From positions 1-37,155 of IMG/VR virus record IMGVR_UViG_3300021963_010582: a DNA stretch of 37,155 bases. One strand, written 5' to 3'. The DNA is from a virus. Its lineage: Duplodnaviria > Caudoviricetes. Positions 34,283 to 37,155 of the stretch are shown piece after piece. Every line of letters begins with the position of its first letter. Within the stretch, counting starts at the first letter, position 1. The notes under the pieces are model-generated. The model saw only the letters and a list, made by a program, of their open reading frames with translations. It did not search any database and was not told the origin of the DNA. The translations under genes were made by a program, and so were the position numbers.

Positions 34283-34429
34283 GGACATATTTAACTCCAG
34301 GGCTACGGTCATTACTGCCTCTACCGGAGAGGCAAGAGTGTCTCCTGAATCAGGACGTATGTAACCATGATGAACGTTAAGTCGTATAAGGAGCATAAGG
34401 TGCCCCGGTCAAAAATGACCTAGGGTCAT
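34283..34429. promoter_or_regulatory. Divergent control region with degenerate GGTCA-N4-TGACC palindromes
   Basis: Copies at 34283, 34307, 34353 and 34407 (perfect). Other dyads at 34316-34334, 34343-34355 and 34415-34429. Confidence 0.5.
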
Positions 34430-34555
34430 GCCCGAACTTTTTCTCCGATTGCGGTTCTCTCGGTTTCCATCGTTGTCCCGTTGCCTTCGGGCATCTGGCT
34501 TTTCCGTCTCAGCACCATCGTTCGGCACAGCCGGGCGAGAGACGGAGACCCACAA

Positions 34556-34762
34556 GTGAAGACCCCCAACCCGTTCCATCCGGACCAGATGAGCGCCGAA
34601 GCTCGGCTCGCCGAGTTGGGCCGCATCCTTGCCGCGGGCATTCAGCGCCTGCGCGAACAGTCCAGTTCTATATCTGCCGACAGCGGAGATAGTTCGCTCG
34701 CTATCCCAGCCAGCAAGAGCGTCAGTCGTCCTGGGCACAAGGCCCGCAAAGGAGGACGATAA
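34556..34762 (+). CDS. Small protein preceding DUF2924
   Basis: GTG start with GGAG RBS. NPFHPDQMSAEARLAELGRILAAGIQRL. Stop overlaps the DUF2924 start. Confidence 0.65.
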   Translation: MKTPNPFHPDQMSAEARLAELGRILAAGIQRLREQSSSISADSGDSSLAIPASKSVSRPGHKARKGGR

Positions 34763-35223
34763 TGCAACACCAGGACGACGGGCCGGTGCTGGCGAGGCTG
34801 GCAAGCCTCAAGGCCATGACGGTCAATGAGCTGAAAGCCGAATGGCAGACGCTTATGGGATCCACGCCGCCCAACAACAGCCGGACATTTCTCGAGCAAC
34901 GACTGGCCTACAGGATCCAGGAGCTGACCTATGGCGGCCTGCCGCAACCGGTCAGCCGACTGCTGGATGCCCTGGCTGACGAGGTCGAGGGGAAGAAGGT
35001 CCGTAAATCGGTGATCAGCGATCCGCGCAATCCGGTTATCGGCACACGGCTGGTCAGGGAATGGGACGGCGTCGAGCACGTAGTCACGGTCCTGCAAGGC
35101 GGCTTCGATTGGCAGGGGCGCCGATACAAGTCGCTGTCCGCCATCGCCCGCGACATCACCGGAACGCAGTGGAACGGCTACCGCTTCTTCGGCCTGCGCG
35201 AGAACAAGAGGGCTGCAGCATGA
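34762..35223 (+). CDS. DUF2924 family protein
   Basis: LAYRIQELTYGGL, GTRLVREWDG and YKSLSAIARDITGTQWNGYRFFGL. GGAGG RBS. Confidence 0.92.
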   Translation: MQHQDDGPVLARLASLKAMTVNELKAEWQTLMGSTPPNNSRTFLEQRLAYRIQELTYGGLPQPVSRLLDALADEVEGKKVRKSVISDPRNPVIGTRLVREWDGVEHVVTVLQGGFDWQGRRYKSLSAIARDITGTQWNGYRFFGLRENKRAAA

Positions 35224-36539
35224 AGGAAACAGCACCTACGAGCCGCCTGCGCTGCGCCGTCTACACGCGCAAATCCAGCGAGGAAGGGTTGGACATGGAG
35301 TTCAACAGCCTCGATGCCCAGCGGGAATCCTGCGAAGCGTATGTCGCCAGCCAACGCGCCGAAGGCTGGGTCTGCATGCGCGAACGCTATGACGACGGCG
35401 GATACTCGGGTGGCACCCTTGATCGTCCCGGCCTTAAGGCCCTGCTGGAAGATGTGGAGGCCGGGCTGGTCGACGTTATCGTCGTCTACAAGATCGACCG
35501 CCTGTCGCGCTCGCTGATGGACTTCGCCAAGCTGGTCGAGGTGTTCGACCGCAACAACGTGACGTTCGTTTCCGTGACGCAGGCGTTCAACACCACGACG
35601 TCGATGGGGCGGCTAACGCTGAACATCCTGCTCTCGTTCGCCCAGTTCGAGCGCGAGGTCACCGGCGAACGCATCCGCGACAAGTTCGCTGCCAGCCGCG
35701 CCAAGGGGATGTGGATGGGCGGGTTCGTGCCGATGGGGTACGACGTGGTCGACCGCAAGCTGGTGATCAACGAGGCCGAGGCAGCGACGGTCCGGCACAT
35801 GTTCCAGCGGTTTGTCGAGCTGGGATCGGCGACGCTGCTGACCCGCGAGCTGGTGGCAAAGGGCACCCTGAACAAGCGGGGCAAGCCGATCGACAAGGGG
35901 TTCCTCTACAAGCTGTTCCGCAACCGACTCTATATCGGCGAAGCCGTCCACAAGGGTACCAGCTATCCCGGCGAGCATCGGGCGATCATTGACCAGCCGC
36001 TGTGGGATGCGGTCCATGCCATCCTGCAGGAAAGCCCGCGCCAGCGGGCGGCCAACACCCGCACCCAGACCCCGGCGATGCTCAAGGGCCTGATCTTCAC
36101 GGATCGCGGCATCGCCATGACGCCGACCGTCACCAAGAAGGGCAGCCGGCATTACCGTTACTACACCTCGATGGATGCGATCCGGAACCGGGCGTGCGAA
36201 GGCCGCGACGGCTTTGTCCGGCTGAATGCCGGCATGGTGGAAACGGCCGTGGTCCAGCACATCCGGTCGCTGCTGCGCACGCCGGAAATCACGGTGCGGG
36301 CGGTGGAGAATGCGCGCCGCACGGATCCGGACATGGACGAGCAGGACGTGGTTTCCGCGCTGGCCGGGTTCGATAGCCTCTGGGAATCCCTGTTCCCGGC
36401 CGAACAGGCGCGCATCGCCCGGCTGCTGATCGAGCGGGTCACGGTCAGCGCCGATGGCCTTGCGGTCGACCTGCGCACCGAGGGCCTCGGATCAGTCATC
36501 CGCGAAATGGTCACCCCGAAACAGGAGCTGGCAGCATGA
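35220..36539 (+). CDS. Large serine recombinase (integrase)
   Basis: Start MKETAP at 35220. Catalytic AVYTRKS, YKIDRLSR, FAQFERE, recombinase domain, YRYY. Confidence 0.95.
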   Translation: MKETAPTSRLRCAVYTRKSSEEGLDMEFNSLDAQRESCEAYVASQRAEGWVCMRERYDDGGYSGGTLDRPGLKALLEDVEAGLVDVIVVYKIDRLSRSLMDFAKLVEVFDRNNVTFVSVTQAFNTTTSMGRLTLNILLSFAQFEREVTGERIRDKFAASRAKGMWMGGFVPMGYDVVDRKLVINEAEAATVRHMFQRFVELGSATLLTRELVAKGTLNKRGKPIDKGFLYKLFRNRLYIGEAVHKGTSYPGEHRAIIDQPLWDAVHAILQESPRQRAANTRTQTPAMLKGLIFTDRGIAMTPTVTKKGSRHYRYYTSMDAIRNRACEGRDGFVRLNAGMVETAVVQHIRSLLRTPEITVRAVENARRTDPDMDEQDVVSALAGFDSLWESLFPAEQARIARLLIERVTVSADGLAVDLRTEGLGSVIREMVTPKQELAA

Positions 36540-36913
36540 GCGCGCCTAGCACCATGCGGGTGTTCATCCCGCTCACCATCCGCAAGCGCAACGGGCGGCC
36601 GAAGATCGTGCCGCCTGCCGATCTGGTGCCGGACACCGGCGGCGTGGACCCGCATGTGCTGAAGGCGGTCGCCAAGGCGTGGAGCTGGAGGCGGAAACTG
36701 GAGAGCGGGGCGGCAGCGACCCTTGCCGACATCGCCAAGGAGGAAGACGTTACGCCCGCCTATGCCGGCCGCATCATGAAACTGGCTTATCTCGCACCAG
36801 CAACACTGGAGAAGCTGCTGATTGCTCGCGTCTCGCCGACGGTGTCAGTGAAGGAGTTGGCGCATGCAGCGGAGATGCCTTGGGCAAATCAGGAGGCGTC
36901 GGTATTTGGCTGA
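36536..36913 (+). CDS. Recombinase-associated HTH-like protein
   Basis: 125 aa, ATGA overlap with the recombinase. LKAVAKAWSW...LESG...ADIAKEE...Y..RIMKLAYLAP. Confidence 0.8.
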   Translation: MSAPSTMRVFIPLTIRKRNGRPKIVPPADLVPDTGGVDPHVLKAVAKAWSWRRKLESGAAATLADIAKEEDVTPAYAGRIMKLAYLAPATLEKLLIARVSPTVSVKELAHAAEMPWANQEASVFG

Positions 36914-37155
36914 ACAAGAGGTCCGCTTCGCGCCTCATCTTCGCCATTCAGGGCGGTGGTCCGACAACCTCCAACCCAGCCGTTCCTCCGGCTTATCTCG
37001 GCACAGGCGCCCAGCGCCGACCATTCGACACCCCTTCGTCTGGCAACTGGGCAGATGAACGGATCACTCTGATTTCGGGCATGAAGGAAATAATATTTGC
37101 CCACATATTGACATCTCAGCTCTATGGTATATTTAGGGTGCATCAGATTTCCTAA

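Larger units (their letters stand above)
1..36913. mobile_element. HK97-like siphovirus prophage, integrated via a large serine recombinase; left end outside the window, right boundary approximate
   Basis: Contiguous integration, regulation, replication, packaging, head, tail, lysis and fibre modules in canonical order. No att repeat identified. Confidence 0.95.

Noticed and set aside
35061-35219. N-terminal extension of the recombinase in the ORF track
   Set aside because: Overlaps DUF2924 out of frame. The ATGA-coupled start at 35220 precedes the catalytic motif directly.
36914-37155. Right att site or downstream gene
   Set aside because: GC drops near the end, but no repeat partner or convincing ORF can be supported within the window.

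Overview
Nearly the whole window is one HK97-like siphovirus prophage in a GC-rich genome. The host is probably an alphaproteobacterium, inferred from the tRNA and the gene families. Protein assignments come from motifs recognised by eye, not from database searches. From the right end the modules are: a + strand integration cassette (small ORF, DUF2924, large serine recombinase, accessory ORF); a divergent control region with degenerate palindromes; then a long - strand run. That run encodes a winged-helix protein, a Com-like zinc ribbon, a sigma-70 region-4 protein, replication and recombination genes, a putative origin, a RuvC-like resolvase, DUF6378, a putative late regulator with a pR'/tR'-like promoter and terminator, HNH, a candidate cos, two small ORFs, an oppositely oriented tRNA-Ile2(CAT), a ParB-methyltransferase, terminase, portal, protease, capsid, neck and tail genes, a lysis cassette and a second fibre cluster running off the left edge. 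The least-explained signals are RNA-level. (i) A Com-like zinc-ribbon gene is followed by tandem 16-nt repeats and a hairpin separating a perfect Shine-Dalgarno from the AUG of the sigma-like gene, a candidate protein-gated translational switch. (ii) A multi-stem leader sequesters the RBS and AUG of the resolvase gene. Also notable are a fibre cluster with alternating C-terminal DGGxF motifs and Mtd_N-like N-termini, and a clear -1 frameshift site in the tail chaperone genes.
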